A stretch of DNA of 64,000 nt, from NCBI GenBank assembly GCA_951406725.2, contig OX597836.1:3782001-3846000 (forward strand), read 5' to 3'. Made by a program: the position numbers and the translations under genes. Origin of the DNA: Octopus vulgaris (Eukaryota). The notes beneath the pieces are model-generated. The model saw only the letters and a list, made by a program, of their open reading frames with translations. It was not told the origin of the DNA and ran no database searches. Position 1 is the first letter of the stretch. Each line of letters begins with the position of its first letter. Of the stretch, positions 17,610 to 32,046 are shown one piece after another.

Positions 17610-18027
17610 CCACCACCACCACCACCACCATTACCACTCTCATCATCATCATCATCATCAGCGCCACCACCACCAACCGTCGCGACCGCTAAACTTAGTA
17701 TAGCTACTACTATCACCGGTTCTACCACGACTGAATAACAACGTTACGATTAGCACCACCACCACCACCACCACAACTACCTCGAACACAATTATCATCA
17801 CCATCATTATCATCGTTATCATCGTTATCATGATCATCATCATCGTCATCTTCATCATCGTCGTGATCACCAGCATCACCACCAACATCGTCGTCGTCAT
17901 CATCATCATCATCATCATCATCATCGTCATCATTATCATCATCATCATCATCATCATCATCATCGTCATCATTATCATCATCATCACCATCATCATCGTC
18001 ATCATAAACCTCCTCCTCCTCCTCATC

Positions 18028-18058
<31 letters not shown>

Positions 18059-18430
18059 CTATCGTCGTCGTCCTCAACATCATCATCACCACCACTACCA
18101 CCACCACCGCCATCATCATCATCATCATCATCATCACCATTCATCATCACCACCACTACCACCACCACCACCACCACCACCATCATCATTATTACCTCTG
18201 CTCTTTTACCACCAGAATCATCACCGCTACCACCAGCACCGGCACCAGCATTAGCAGCAGCAGCATCATGATACCCACGCCAACACCATCCAACACCATC
18301 ACAACCACAACCACAACCATCATCACTATGATCAATACGAGCCCTGTATCATCATCATCATCATCATCACCTTCATCACCATCATCATCGACTTACACAT
18401 ATCCCTCCGCACCCACCACCACCACCGCCA
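17610..18430. repeat. Degenerate (CAT)n/(CAC)n trinucleotide tract
   Basis: Gives poly-D/M/I/H ORFs in several frames. Confidence 0.9.
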
Positions 18431-19015
18431 GGAGCAATAACCTTATTAGTCACATGTAGGTGTGTAGGTCAGCCATCATTCATTCATTATGCAAATTGTT
18501 GCTAGAATTCCTCGCTAAAATTAAAGACTGGAGCGAAATAATAAAACTTGCCTCTGTAATAATGTCACAGCTAAATTATTATCTCGCTTCCTATTCCCGA
18601 GATCCGTCTTCATCACTTCACACGCACACACATATACACACACATACACGCACACATATACACACATATATAAATATTCATGTAAAGAAAAATGTATACA
18701 TACATATATATATATATGTGTGTATGATATATATATATATATGTATATAGATATAGATATATGTATGTACCTAGATGTATAAATATAAATGCACATATCT
18801 CTGCATATATATACATATATATATATGCATATATACGTACATATATTCATACATATATATATATATATATATGGATGTATATATATATGTGTATATGTTA
18901 TGCATATGCACACCTATGTATGCATATATATATTTATATATGCTTATATATATATACATATATATATATATATACATACGTACATATATGCATATATAAA
19001 TGTATAAGTCTACAT

Positions 19016-19050
<35 letters not shown>

Positions 19051-19115
19051 CTTTTATTGTTATATCCTTCATGCGCATATATCTATGTGTGTGTGTATCC
19101 CTATCTATCTATTTA

Positions 19116-19164
<49 letters not shown>

Positions 19165-19822
19165 CTTCCTCTCTTTTTCTCTATCTCTCGCTCTCTCTCT
19201 CTCCCTCTCTCTATATATCTATCTATGCGTGTGTGGGGTGGGGTTGGAGAACCATTGCTTGTTTGAACCAGCGGTCAGATGTCCTGCAGTCATTCACCGA
19301 GCTCTTTACGTTTCAAGATCTAATCTCTCCTAACGCGTTTCGTTCTTTTCTCTCTTACCATTTTGCTCTCATTTAATATCATCTGCACTACTTTTCGAAA
19401 CGCAATAATGTCTTGGGTAGAATTTGACCTCAGAAACTGAAAGTAAATGACTAAATACCCAAAATACAATGCCCGCCACTGGACCGATCCGGCCAATTCT
19501 GAAGATATGTCTATCTGAAGGCATAACTTATTCGTAATTCTTCATAAATTGTTATGCAACAATAAGGTCCCTAAATCCATTAACGCTTCAACAGTTTCTC
19601 ACACGCGTTTCGTGTTTGGCAGCCGAGGAACATGGGAATAATGCGGTAACGGAAATTCTTGACAACGAATTATGAGTTATTAATGGCATAATTTCTTGCT
19701 ACCGCCATACTTCAGGTATCCGATATTCGCGTATTGAACTCTGGTCTGTGGAATGCAATTAACAAAGCTTCCATTGTTAAAACAGTTTTATTTCATTAGG
19801 TGTAATTCTATTTAGTGAAACT

Positions 19823-19945
19823 TCGTGGCTTAGTGGTTAGGGCCTTCGACTCAAGATCTTAAGGTCGTGAGTTCGATTCCCGCCGGCTTGTTGTGTCCCT
19901 GAGCAAGATACTTTATTTCACATCGCTCCAGTCCCTCAGCGGGCA
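19823..19945 (+). mobile_element. SINE family C 5' part
   Basis: gtggcttagtggttaggg...gagttcgattccc...ccctgagcaagatactttatttcac. Confidence 0.75.
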
Positions 19946-19956
19946 TAAAATACATA

Positions 19957-20237
19957 CATCATCATCATCATTGTTCGACCGTGGTCGAGACAATGGAATT
20001 TACCATGCTACGCCAGACTTCACGGTCCATCATAGCATTACGGAGGTCCTGTTGCTGGATGCCTGTATCCCTGGAGATTACATCAGGGTAGGAGAGTGTG
20101 CGCCCTCTGGTATTGCGAGTAGATGGCTTCCAGAGGAGAAGAGTAGAAATTACCTCGTGTTCAGCTCTACAACAATGTCCAGCAAACTGGACTCTCTTAC
20201 CTTTCACAAGAGATGACACAGGTGGTAGTTTCCCATA
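19957..20237 (-). mobile_element. RTE-type LINE 3' end (5'-truncated)
   Basis: KRVQFAGHCCRAEHEVISTLLLWKP..RGRTLSYPDVISRDTG..LRNAMMDREVWRSMV* followed by a (TGA)n tail. Confidence 0.8.
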
Positions 20238-20329
20238 CATACATACACACATACATACATACATACATACAGATACACATGTGTCGAAAAACAAAAAACA
20301 GCTCAAACTTCTTCACTGTGCGATAGTTT

Positions 20330-20525
20330 CATAAGGCCGGTTTCCCCGGATTCTGTGGGGTATTATATTTCCTAGACCGGCTGGACGGGACGCCAGGATT
20401 ATTCCTTTTCGCTTTTTCAGTGGACTGGAACAACGTGAAATGAAATGCTTTGCGCAAGAACACAAGACATCGTCCGATCTAAGAATTGAAACCGCGATCT
20501 AACGATCACGAGTGCAACACGTCAA
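20330..20525 (-). mobile_element. SINE family C, degenerate
   Basis: gtggactggaacaacgtgaaatgaaatgctttgcgcaagaacac...aattgaaacc. Confidence 0.65.
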
Positions 20526-20740
20526 CTCCTCCTTCACATATATACTTGTATATGTGCATAGACACATGCTCGGTTTCATTGATTTTCACACACGCATAAA
20601 TACATACAAATACATTTAGACAGAAGGACAGATAGAACGGCAGCAGGATCAATACATTGGATAGAGAGAGAGAAATATAGATAGATAAAAAGGCAGAGAG
20701 AGAGAGAGAGAGAGTGAGAGAGAGAGAGGGAGAGATAAAC

Positions 20741-20775
<35 letters not shown>

Positions 20776-21550
20776 CAGAGAAAGAGAGAGAAAGAGAATG
20801 AGAGAGCATTATGTCCAGGTAGAAATGTCTTTTATAGCCTTCAGACATATTAAGAGAGAGAGAGAGAGAGAATGAGAGAGAGATAAACAGACAGATAGTT
20901 AGATAGATAGATAGTTAGACAGACAGAGGGAGAGAGAGAGAGGATAGAGATAGATAGATAAACAGATAGATAGATAGTTAGATAGATAAACAGAGGGCGA
21001 GAGAGAGAGTGAGTCAAAGAGAAAGAGAGAGAGAGAGAGAAAGAAAGAGAAAGAGAAAGAGAGAGACTGAGAGAGCATTATGTTCAGGTAGAAATGTTTT
21101 TGCAAGTCTTCAGACATATTAAGATGTCTAACATCGTCTTTTAAATTTTAAATTTTATTTCAAACGAATTCCTAATGAAACATCGTTGATGTGGAATTGT
21201 TAAGTAGGCGACAGGACACAGTTTTGTCTTTTTCCATTTTATGACAGTCATAAAAATGTCAGGCGCAATAGCAATATCGGAATTAAATGCATCCAAATTT
21301 AGATAAGACAGAAATTACCATAGTAAGGCAACATGTGTGAAAGGGATATTGTCATGATGAGAGTATAAAGGAGAACGTCTCCAGCCCGGGGCTGAACGAA
21401 TATTGCAACGTAATGTGTGCGATGATTACATCTGTTTCGAGGTTTTCTCACCCATATTTATACCTTTCGCCAATTATACATCTATGAAAGGTTATGCGCA
21501 TGCTTATATGAATGTATGTATGTATGTATTATCTATATGTCTATCTATCC

Positions 21551-21626
<76 letters not shown>

Positions 21627-21631
21627 GTCTG

Positions 21632-21701
<70 letters not shown>

Positions 21702-21705
21702 CATC

Positions 21706-21777
<72 letters not shown>

Positions 21778-21792
21778 ATATATATATATATA

Positions 21793-21930
21793 AGCTTACT
21801 TACCAACCACATAGTTCCGGGTTCAGTTCCATAGCGCAGCACCTTGGGCAAGTGTCTTCTACTACAGCCTCGAGTCGACCAAAGACATGTCAGTGGATTT
21901 GCTCGACGGAAACTGAAAGATGACCATCGA
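21793..21930 (+). mobile_element. SINE family B 5' half
   Basis: accaaccacatagttccgggttcagttcc...accttgggcaagtgtcttctac. Confidence 0.85.
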
Positions 21931-21938
21931 GTGTGTAC

Positions 21939-21986
<48 letters not shown>

Positions 21987-22174
21987 ATATCGAAGTCACA
22001 TGATTGAAAAGCTAGAGTCGTAATCGCCCAGCCATACCTGTGCCTATTGATTTTTCTAACCATGTCTTATGACTTCAAGGAAGATTTATTAGGTACCTTG
22101 TTGATGCAGTCGATCTTTAGAGGGAGGTCCTTAATACTTCCATAAGATAGAGAAATAGATAGATGGATATATAC

Positions 22175-22275
<101 letters not shown>

Positions 22276-22380
22276 TATAGATAGATTAGATAGATAGGTG
22301 GATAGATGGATAGATGGGTAGATAGATTAATACATAGATATATAGACAGAGAGCCGACAGGCAGACAGGATGTAGATAGT

Positions 22381-22447
<67 letters not shown>

Positions 22448-22999
22448 GATTGATGGTCGCTCAGATTGGAGTCGAAGTCAAAATGTTTACAAATCGTGTC
22501 TGAAATAACAGATTTGACTAATCTTTCTGGTAAACAAACATAGACAACCTTCGACGTGCACGCATTACATGTTAGAAAGCACAGTCAAATTTCTCTTACT
22601 TCGCAAACAACCGGAAACAAACTTTTAAAAAGGAAATGAATTTTAGATGAATATTTTAATGAATCTAACATTATTAGATTCATTAAAACAAGATTTTCAA
22701 AACTAGAATATTGGAATATTTTGATTATACGAAACACAGCCGCTCATGTGGTACCTGTGAGTCCATTCTATGTGATGTGTATATGAGTGGTTTTATACAC
22801 CAGAAAGGGATCAGAGGCCCTTTCCGGCTCAGGAATTCCGTGGTGCGTATTCTTCCCACTCGACGGGACATCGGTCCGTCGCAAGATTACTTATTTTTAC
22901 CAGTTGAGAGATCTGAACCCAGAACTCTGGATGGGAAGCAAACTTTTTACCACACAGCCACATGTGTGCGTATGTGGTTATGCTTTACTTTGTCCCACA

Positions 23000-23081
23000 T
23001 CACCGCTTGACAAGCGTTGTTGGTTTGTTTACGTCCCCGTAGAATAGCAGTAGGGCGAAAGTGACCGATAGAATAAGTACC

Positions 23082-23145
<64 letters not shown>

Positions 23146-23315
23146 CGAGAGAGGGAGAGAGAGTGAGAGACAGATAAATAGATAGATAAATAGATGGAGA
23201 GATAAATAGATATATATGTACTGGGGGTCCAATTTTTCAACTAAATTCTTTCAGCTAAATGCTGTGCTCCAGCATGACCGCAGTTCAACACCTCAAACAA
23301 GTACAAAACGGAAAA
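23000..23315 (+). mobile_element. SINE family B 3' half interrupted by (GATA)n
   Basis: tttacgtcccc...gaccgatagaataagtacc [GATA tract] ctgggggtc...gtgctccagcatgaccgcag. Confidence 0.7.
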
Positions 23316-23806
23316 ATAAAAAAAAAACCCCAAAGATTCTACTGGGTGAGATTTGATCCCGCCACAACCTGAACTCTGGGTATAAAACGTTTATATTCTC
23401 TTTTTCACTTCCAATTTTGAACGATGAAAAGTGTCACCTAATAATAATAATAATAATAATAGTAATAAAAATTGTAACAAAACAGCCTCCTCCTCCCTCC
23501 ACAACCAAATAACTGAAGAATAAACTAAAGCACAAACCCTCGTGTCGCGCCAGCACCCCATAAAACACTCTCAAACGCTGATCAAAGACTCAAAGAACAG
23601 CGGGAATGAGAGCGGGGTGTGGGCCGGTGGAGCGGAGGGGCGCTGCGGAGAAAAATGCCTGAAGTCAGCTTAAAAGTAAATTTTAAAATTTGGTCTTCTG
23701 TTTACACTTTTCATGATCTACTTCTCCTCCTACTCTCCTTCTTTCCATGCGCCTCCTCCATTTCCCTTCACTCCAACTCCTTCCTTTCTCCTCCTCTTCC
23801 TTCTCC

Positions 23807-23871
<65 letters not shown>

Positions 23872-24529
23872 GTATGTATTTCGATTCTTTTCCACACTAC
23901 ATCTTTTTCTCATGTTACTCTTTACATTTTACTCCCAAAAAAGATGTTTTTTAATAAAACTTCATGTGTGCGCACTTCACTAATTTTTTCTTCTTCTACT
24001 TCATTCTATTAAAATCCTTTTTCTTTCCATTTTTTGTGAAGGAATTTGTTGTTTTTTTTACCTCTGGCTCGCACCATCTCCTTTCCCTGTATTTCCCCTA
24101 TTTTCTCACTACCTCTCTGTCTCTCTTTCCCCTCTTACTTCTCCCCTTCTCACTCTCTCACTTTGTCCTTACTCCTCTTCCTCACCCTCTCGCCGCTACT
24201 CTCTCCACCGACTTCTCCCACTCCGCCTTCGTCGACTCCTTCACTTTCCTTTGGTTCATCGATTACACCCAACATAGGCACATTAAATTTACTTTTAGCC
24301 TTTCGACAAATCGATTTCGCTTCCATTTGAAGTCAGCTACTGTTTGAAAAGTAGAATACAGAACATTTTCTGTCGTTATATACATATATACATACATACA
24401 TACATACATACATACATACATACTTATATATATATACACACACATATATATATAAATACACACACATATATATACATATATACATAATATATATATTTAT
24501 ATATATATATATGTACAGACGCAGATACG

Positions 24530-24610
<81 letters not shown>

Positions 24611-24774
24611 GTCTGTCTGTGTGTATTTATTTACTTTTCTTTTTGTTCGGTTATTAGTTCCATTGTTATAGAAATGGTTTCTTAAATTCCATGATGTCTT
24701 CTCGCGTTTTATCTTCTTTGGTTGTTGTCCATTTTTTTTGTGGTACTATTTCATTTGCATATATGTACGTAAAT

Positions 24775-24856
<82 letters not shown>

Positions 24857-24970
24857 ATAGATATAAGTCTATATATATATATATATGTTTATATATATAT
24901 GCATGTATATAGATGTATATATACATATAAATATACGTATATATATACATATATATACACACATACAGAA

Positions 24971-25010
<40 letters not shown>

Positions 25011-25456
25011 CTCATTAACGACCTATACATATTTATATATATGAAGATATATGTATATATACATATGTATGTATATATGTATGTGTGTGTGTGTGTGTGT
25101 GTATAATCGTTTAAAAGACTAAACGAGAATATACATTTAGACTTTTATAGACGCGCATAGTTTTCTATATGTATGTATGTATATATGTACACATATATGT
25201 TATCTATGTATGTATGTATATATATATATATATATACATAGATAACATATGTGTACATATACACACACACACACATATATATATAGTTTTCACTTTTCGG
25301 GTTAAAATTCACTATGGCTGTTTATTTTATCTTTTCGCTCACCGTTATCGTTGTTTCTGTTGCTCTTGTTGTTGTTGGTATATTTAAAAGCCACGCTTAG
25401 CCAGCTTTTGTTATTTCGTTTTCATCTGTGATAATAGAATATGTTTCTTTTACTTC

Positions 25457-25489
<33 letters not shown>

Positions 25490-25799
25490 ATAGTTGTTGT
25501 GCTTTTATTTTTATGTTTTGGCAGCGAAAAATTCCTCAATCTGCAATCGTCAATCTTGAAATCTTGAATCTCAAATTCTTGAAGCGTGTAACAGACAAAG
25601 TAGATAATAGAACAGGATCTACCTGCTCTTTCAGAATTCTGACATCTGATGATCTAAATATATTCTGTGCTCGATGATAAAAGGAGGTTTGCAACCCTTT
25701 CATCATACAAGAGTGAATAGAGATCAGAGCATATATATAAACTATCTCTCTCTCTCTCCACCCTTTTTACACACACATATATGTATATATATTGTATAT

Positions 25800-25842
<43 letters not shown>

Positions 25843-26296
25843 AGATGTTTCATATGTACATACAATATTATGTATACATGTATATATATATATATATGTG
25901 TGTGTGAGTGTATATGTATATATATGTGTGTGTGTGTGTCTGTGTGTGTATGTATATACGTATATATAAATTTATATCTATATATATATATTTCACATTT
26001 TACAGAATGCAATTAGTCTAATTGTAGTCTAGAAAGTCTAAATGCATACATACACATATTCATACATACATACACACACCACACACACACATATATATAC
26101 ATATATATTCATACACACACATATACATATATTATACACATCATATATATAATAATATAACTATGTATACACACATATATATTACCTATTTCTACATTTA
26201 TATATATACATGAACATATACATAATACATACACACACAATATATATATATATATATATATAAATCATAAACTTGTATACATGTCGATATAGATGT

Positions 26297-26337
<41 letters not shown>

Positions 26338-26904
26338 AACCATAAACCAATATACATGTAGATATAGATGTACACACACACAGACACCCGTACATATATA
26401 CATACACACTACAAGGCTAGTATAGAAGAAATGCAGAAATAATCATAACGTTTGTTGTTGTTTTCTTTTAACCAACAAACGTCTATCGTTCGAACTGTAT
26501 ATCTTAGTAAAATAACTCCTGTTGCATAGTAACTGTTGTTCTATAGTAAGTTTTGGTGCTTAGAAAATCTTGATTTTGTTCTTTGCAGACAAATAATGGG
26601 CTTCAAACAAGCAGCATGAAGTCAATATGTTGTTGTCAAAGGAGACGTACAGGGTGTTTGATATTCCCCGAGGGCAGCGGGTTGTTTACGGAGATAGCAT
26701 AAGTGACAACAACGGTGTGTAGAAAGGGATAAAGTGTAAAGAAAGGGAAACCGGCATTGGAAACGAATCACGCAGACAAATCACGTTAACGGTGTCTGTT
26801 GATAATGTATTGTCAGTGTATGGTCGAAATGATTCACGCCGACAGACGAGTCACAACCCAAGAGGGAGCTTGCCGCACGACTGCAGTGTGGCCTCAATGC
26901 GCTT

Positions 26905-27072
26905 CAGGTTTGAATTCTGCCGAGGTCGACTTTGCCTTTTATCCTTTCGGGGTCGATTAAACAAGTACCAGTAAGGTACTGGAGGTCGAAGTTATCGACT
27001 TAATCTCCTTGACTCTCCTTGTTTGTCTCCCCTATGTTTACCCCCCTCCGCCTCTTTGGGCAATAAAGAAAT
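26905..27072 (+). mobile_element. SINE family A (5'-truncated, tail type 1) inserted in the mariner
   Basis: ctgccgaggtcgactttgcc...tttgggcaataaagaaata. Confidence 0.85.
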
Positions 27073-27780
27073 AAAAGATGCTGTTCAGAATAGGTAAATT
27101 CTTCTGAACTTGGATGTCGGAAATAGCTTGTAAAATGTGTTCCTCGGCAGTTGAGACTGGATTTGAAGAAAGAATTATGGACGTCTTCTCTGATTTGCCC
27201 GGAAGCGATTGAAGCCAATGAAGACGTTATCTTGTTTTTCCATCTGGTGACAAGGAATGAAATGTGGGGGTATGTTTATTATTCTGAAACTAAGGTTCGA
27301 TCGATGGAATAGTGCCACAACTCTCCAGGGCCCAAGAATTGTGATACCCACTGATCGAAGTCGAAAGCCTTAGTGATTGTTTCTTGGGATGTATTGGGCC
27401 CTCATTCGCCTTGATGCTTCTTGAATGCGGCTGTGCCGTGAGCAGTAAATACTACATTGAAACATACGAACAACTTACAGAAGCTGTTCGAAGGAAGGGA
27501 CCGAACAAAAATCTAAAACACTCCACATTCACAATAACAATGCCTGACCAAACACATCTTTGGCAGCAAAAAGGGTAATCGGCAAAACCGGGCCGCTCAG
27601 TCAGTGTTCCTCCATCCATCGTACTACACAGATCCATTTAATGAAGGACAGTCTTCGGAATAAATGATTTAATGACACAAACGAAGTGAAATTGATTGTG
27701 ACCAAAGTGAGTACAGCAAGGAATACCTGAATTCTTAGAAAGAGGATTCGGGTGTTAGGTTTAACGATGGCTCAAATGTA

Positions 27781-28644
27781 CTAGGTGGTATCAAAAAATT
27801 CCCCGACTATTTCCATAGCGTGTCAACAGATGGCAGCACACGGTTGCATGCGTAGCGAGAGCTAGCAGAAACGTTCACGAGGCAGTGTGCTGAGTGACAT
27901 CGATGTGTTAAATTCGCAGGTTGTGAAATTTGTGTTTTTGTGATTAAATGTAAGCTGGTAGTATGTGATTTTTGTCATGGACAGGAACAAAGAGCCAACG
28001 GGAAATTTAGCGTTTCGCTTAGGAAGTCTGCTGCAGAGATATTGAGCATGTTTCGGTAAGCTTACGGCACCGAGTCAAAGGGTCGTACGCAAGGTTTCAA
28101 GTGGCAGGGGGCTTCAAAAGCGGACGAACATCTCTGGAAGACCTGCCACGAGCGTCACGCACGGAAATGCATGGAGAATTCGTCCAGGGCCAGACCGTCA
28201 AGCGAAAGTTCTACTGCGGCATTTTGAAGCGTTTAAAGAAGGACATTCGGTGAAAGCTCCCGGATCTGTGGAGCACAAAGAATTGGATTTTCCACTGAAC
28301 TCTCCTCACTCGTGAGTTTCTCCCCAAAGACATCATGGTATCGCTCCACGCCCTTTTCGCCAGTTTCAGTACCTGCGAACTTCCATCTCTTCCCCCAAGT
28401 TGAAAATGCAGCTCAAAGGTCACCGTTTTCACACCGTTGTCGAGATCCGAGCGAATCGCAGGTTTTCGACTCGTTTACGGAAAATGACTTCCAGGCCGGA
28501 TTCCAAAAGTTTGACAAGAACACCGGAACCGGTCTATTGCTGGGCCAAGTGACTATTTCGAAGGAGATGATGTTAAAACTTAAGTAAATAAGTTATCTTT
28601 TTTATAAAACATAACTCGTCCAGAAACCTTTTGATATCAACTCG
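27781..28644 (+). mobile_element. Internally deleted mariner (inner element) with TIRs and TA TSD
   Basis: Left end ctaggtggtatcaaaaaattccccgac; right end reverse complement cgagttgatatcaaaaggtttctggac. TA at 27779-80 and 28645-46. Remnant peptides GKSAAEILSMFR, FKSGRTSLED, FYCGILKRLKKDIR, NFHLFP. Confidence 0.85.
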
Positions 28645-28882
28645 TATCGCTTGTAATGGAGACAATAATACTTCGCCTCTTTTTATTGAGGAAGTGTTAT
28701 ATGGCCAACACGTGCGATTTCGACAACCCACGACCAAACTGTGAGTCTATGCGAAAACGAAGAAATTGCTTTTAGCACTTTGCACTCTGTTTTATGGCGC
28801 TCGCTTTTATATTTATGTATTTCTGCGTATATCAATTGTACTTTAGTTTCCTCTCCACCCCGTGCGTGTGTATGTGCGTGTA

Positions 28883-28935
<53 letters not shown>

Positions 28936-29254
28936 GAGAGCCAACGCTCGAAGCTATCGGCCTTTGAGTCACACTGTCACTTCAACCGATTATTATCAAG
29001 AATAATGTATGTATGTATGTATGTATGTATATATGTGTGTGTATGTATGTATGCCTACATGTATGTATGAATGGATGCATATATGCATCTATGTATTAGG
29101 TATGTATGGTAATTTTCAGTTTTATTTCAAGATTTCTTGCCAATAGAGAAAGAACCGGTTTCTAACCTAGATTCAAAATTTCTCCATTGGAATTTCATGA
29201 ACAAGGTATTTTTCTATGTATGTATGTATGTATGTATATATGTATGTATGTATG

Positions 29255-29318
<64 letters not shown>

Positions 29319-29802
29319 AGCACATATATATTATTTGTAATTATACGTGTTTATCTTTTACTATGCTTATCTGTCTCTATTTATCTTTCTCTGTCTGATC
29401 TCGTCTACACACGCACATACAAACACACACACACACACACGCACACACACACACACCTCGTATTGCCTTTAAATCCCGCAAAGTCGTCAACAAGGCTATT
29501 CTCGCAAAACTTTCGTAACAAAACTTTAAACAAAACCCCTGCTAAAACAAAAAAAGAAAAAACTACAAAATAGATAAAAACCTTGAACTTCTAAGTAAAA
29601 ATCTGTAAAATTAGAATTAGAACTATTAACAAATTTTTCTGGGACGGCAGCAACGAACAGAGAAAACGAAAGATCGAAAGAACTCTCATTATTTAACCAT
29701 GAAACATGTCATCATCTGGTGCCTGATCAAACATCTTTGGTTTCCGGCATTTCCTTCTTTTAACTTTGTAACCATGACCTGAGTGTCGTTCATATGCAAA
29801 AC

Positions 29803-29846
29803 TGAATATGCAAATCGACTTCAGGCAAAGTCAATTTGCATATTCA
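29803..29846. promoter_or_regulatory. Palindrome carrying two POU octamer motifs (ATGCAAAT), within an octamer cluster
   Basis: tgaatatgcaaatcgactt-caggca-aagtcaatttgcatattca (18/19 arms). Further ATGCAAA motifs near 29794 and 30029. Confidence 0.4.
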
Positions 29847-30339
29847 AACGCTGATCTTCCGACCTCCTTTTTGAGTATAACGCCTGACTACATTGCGCCG
29901 AAGTAATTCTGTTCGTGAGGTTAACTGCAATATGTTGCCACAGACTCAACGCGTTGCGTCACCACCGGTTCCAAGCAGTAACGACTACGACACATGCAGT
30001 GTTACAGCACAAACTCGAATATGCAGATATGCAAATTATTTTATTGCGTTATTTCCTTTACTTTTCTAATAAACAATCCACACACAAAAACATCCATTGC
30101 TGATTACAATACAAACTAAACAAGCAGAATAGGTTTGACAAACGAAAGTTTTACATTAAGATGCGTAATACAAAAGAGAACTTCTCCTCTACCTAAAGCA
30201 CTCTGAATTTCTTGATATGGCTGAAGGGTAGTATAAGATGTTCTCACATGTTAGCAGTATGGAACCCGCAGGATTCTTTGCTGCTTTGAAAAGGAAGAGT
30301 TTCAATTGACCACACGTACGAACAAAGCGCATTTTCTCA

Positions 30340-30405
<66 letters not shown>

Positions 30406-30422
30406 CCTACCTACCTACCTAC

Positions 30423-30485
<63 letters not shown>

Positions 30486-30502
30486 CCTACCTACCTACCT
30501 AC

Positions 30503-30543
<41 letters not shown>

Positions 30544-30545
30544 GA

Positions 30546-30598
<53 letters not shown>

Positions 30599-30613
30599 GT
30601 CTGTCTATCGATA

Positions 30614-30663
<50 letters not shown>

Positions 30664-30690
30664 CCTATCTATCTATCTATCGATATATCT
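30340..30690. repeat. (TATC)n/(TACC)n microsatellite, 5' flank of the Tx1 copy
   Basis: Direct repeat. Confidence 0.95.
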
Positions 30691-32046
30691 AGCCACGAGC
30701 ACATCGAGCTGGTCGGCGGTTCACTGAAAAACTACGAAGCGGTGACAGGAGCGAAAATCAACCGGGAAAAGTCAGTGGGCTTGCGACTAGGCACCTGGAG
30801 AAGCAAGCCCATGCCGTCCACCAGCGCCTCCGTCGTGGGACGCTGGACCGACGACCCGGTTGAGTTGCTCGGGGTCTGGTTTGGTCCGGACCTCCAAGTG
30901 GAGAAGAACTGGAACGAGATAACGAGTAGGGTGGTCACTCTCGCCCGGCAATGGGCCGAGAGGAAACTGTCCCTAAAAAGTCGAGCGGAGGTGGCGAACA
31001 CGTACATCGCGTCCGTCATCTACTACCGCCTGACCGTCGTACCTTGTCCCGACCCTACCATCACCAAACTACAACGCATCCTCTTTCGCTTCTTGTGGAA
31101 AGGATGCGTCCCGATGGTCAGGCGGTCCATTTGCTGTCAACACCCGTTAAAAGGAGGGCTGGGCATGCCGTGGTTGATGATGCGCAGACACGCGCTGAGA
31201 CTGCGACATCTCTGGCTCTATGTAGACGACGGTGAACAGGTGTCGTCGCCGTTTGTGAGGCACGCTTTCCCGCAGCTCGTCTCCATGACCGAACTGCAGT
31301 CGTGGATCAAAAAGAGGCCGAGGAAGGGCGAATGGCACCGCGAGTGTCGCGTTGCTCTCAAGCAACTCTGCCGTCCTGGGTCGACCTTAAGTGACTTCAA
31401 CACAACCAAAGCATTCTATAGGGGTTTAGTGGAGGGGAGGTACGACGACGAGCTCGGGGCGAACCTGGACGTCGACGAGGAGTACCTGACCCGCCTGTTC
31501 AGGACGACTTTCGGGCCAGGGCCCATGGACAACTTCCAGAGATCCCTGGCCTGGCAGTGCTACCGAGAAGCGCTACCCGTTCGGGATAAGCTCTACAGAC
31601 ACGGCTCGAGAAACACGGGGCCGACCTGCCCGAGATGCGGTCAGAGCGACGAAACCGTTCTGCACGCACTCGTTCAGTGTCCAACAATTTCCGACCTGTG
31701 GGCTTATGTCGAACAACTGCTGTCACGTGTGGGACGAGTCGGTTTATCAGCTGAGTCTATCGTCAATATTGTCACGCCTCCTTCCTTCAAACGGGAAGGA
31801 AGAGCTATTTTCATCATCCTTGTGGCTATGGCGAAAGAATGTATCTGGTGGACGCGTCTGAAAGGATTGGAGACAAACACTTTCCTCTCTGGTCAATCTC
31901 TCATCAACTTCTTCAAGTACCACTTGAAAAGGAAAGTGAGAGTAGAGAGGCAAGTTTTGTCTAGCGAATGTTTTAAAAAAAGATGGGTGAATGTAGCAAG
32001 AATGGCACGTATGAATGACGAAGCCACCTTGAGCATAGTCCTATGA
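30688..32046 (+). CDS. LINE ORF2 C-terminal region (RT thumb plus CCHC zinc-binding domain), 5'-truncated
   Basis: ORF 30742..32046 (434 aa) extends in frame to the microsatellite junction ([20 protein letters not shown]). Confidence 0.85.
   Translation, partial: SSHEHIELVGGSLKNYEAVTGAKINREKSVGLRLGTWRSKPMPSTSASVVGRWTDDPVELLGVWFGPDLQVEKNWNEITSRVVTLARQWAERKLSLKSRAEVANTYIASVIYYRLTVVPCPDPTITKLQRILFRFLWKGCVPMVRRSICCQHPLKGGLGMPWLMMRRHALRLRHLWLYVDDGEQVSSPFVRHAFPQLVSMTELQSWIKKRPRKGEWHRECRVALKQLCRPGSTLSDFNTTKAFYRGLVEGRYDDELGANLDVDEEYLTRLFRTTFGPGPMDNFQRSLAWQCYREALPVRDKLYRHGSRNTGPTCPRCGQSDETVLHALVQCPTISDLWAYVEQLLSRVGRVGLSAESIVNIVTPPSFKREGRAIFIILVAMAKECIWWTRLKGLETNTFLSGQSLINFFKYHLKRKVRVERQVLSSECFKKRWVNVARMARMNDEATLSIVL

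Larger units (their letters stand above)
26410..28735 (+). mobile_element. Degenerate near-full-length mariner (outer element) carrying a nested SINE and a nested mariner
   Basis: HTH region (QRVVYGDS..., MIHADRRVT), KCVPRQL (WVPxxL motif), LVTRNEMW (first catalytic D region). The C-terminal WLKC|IACNGD is split by the insertion. Ends are approximate. Confidence 0.7.
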
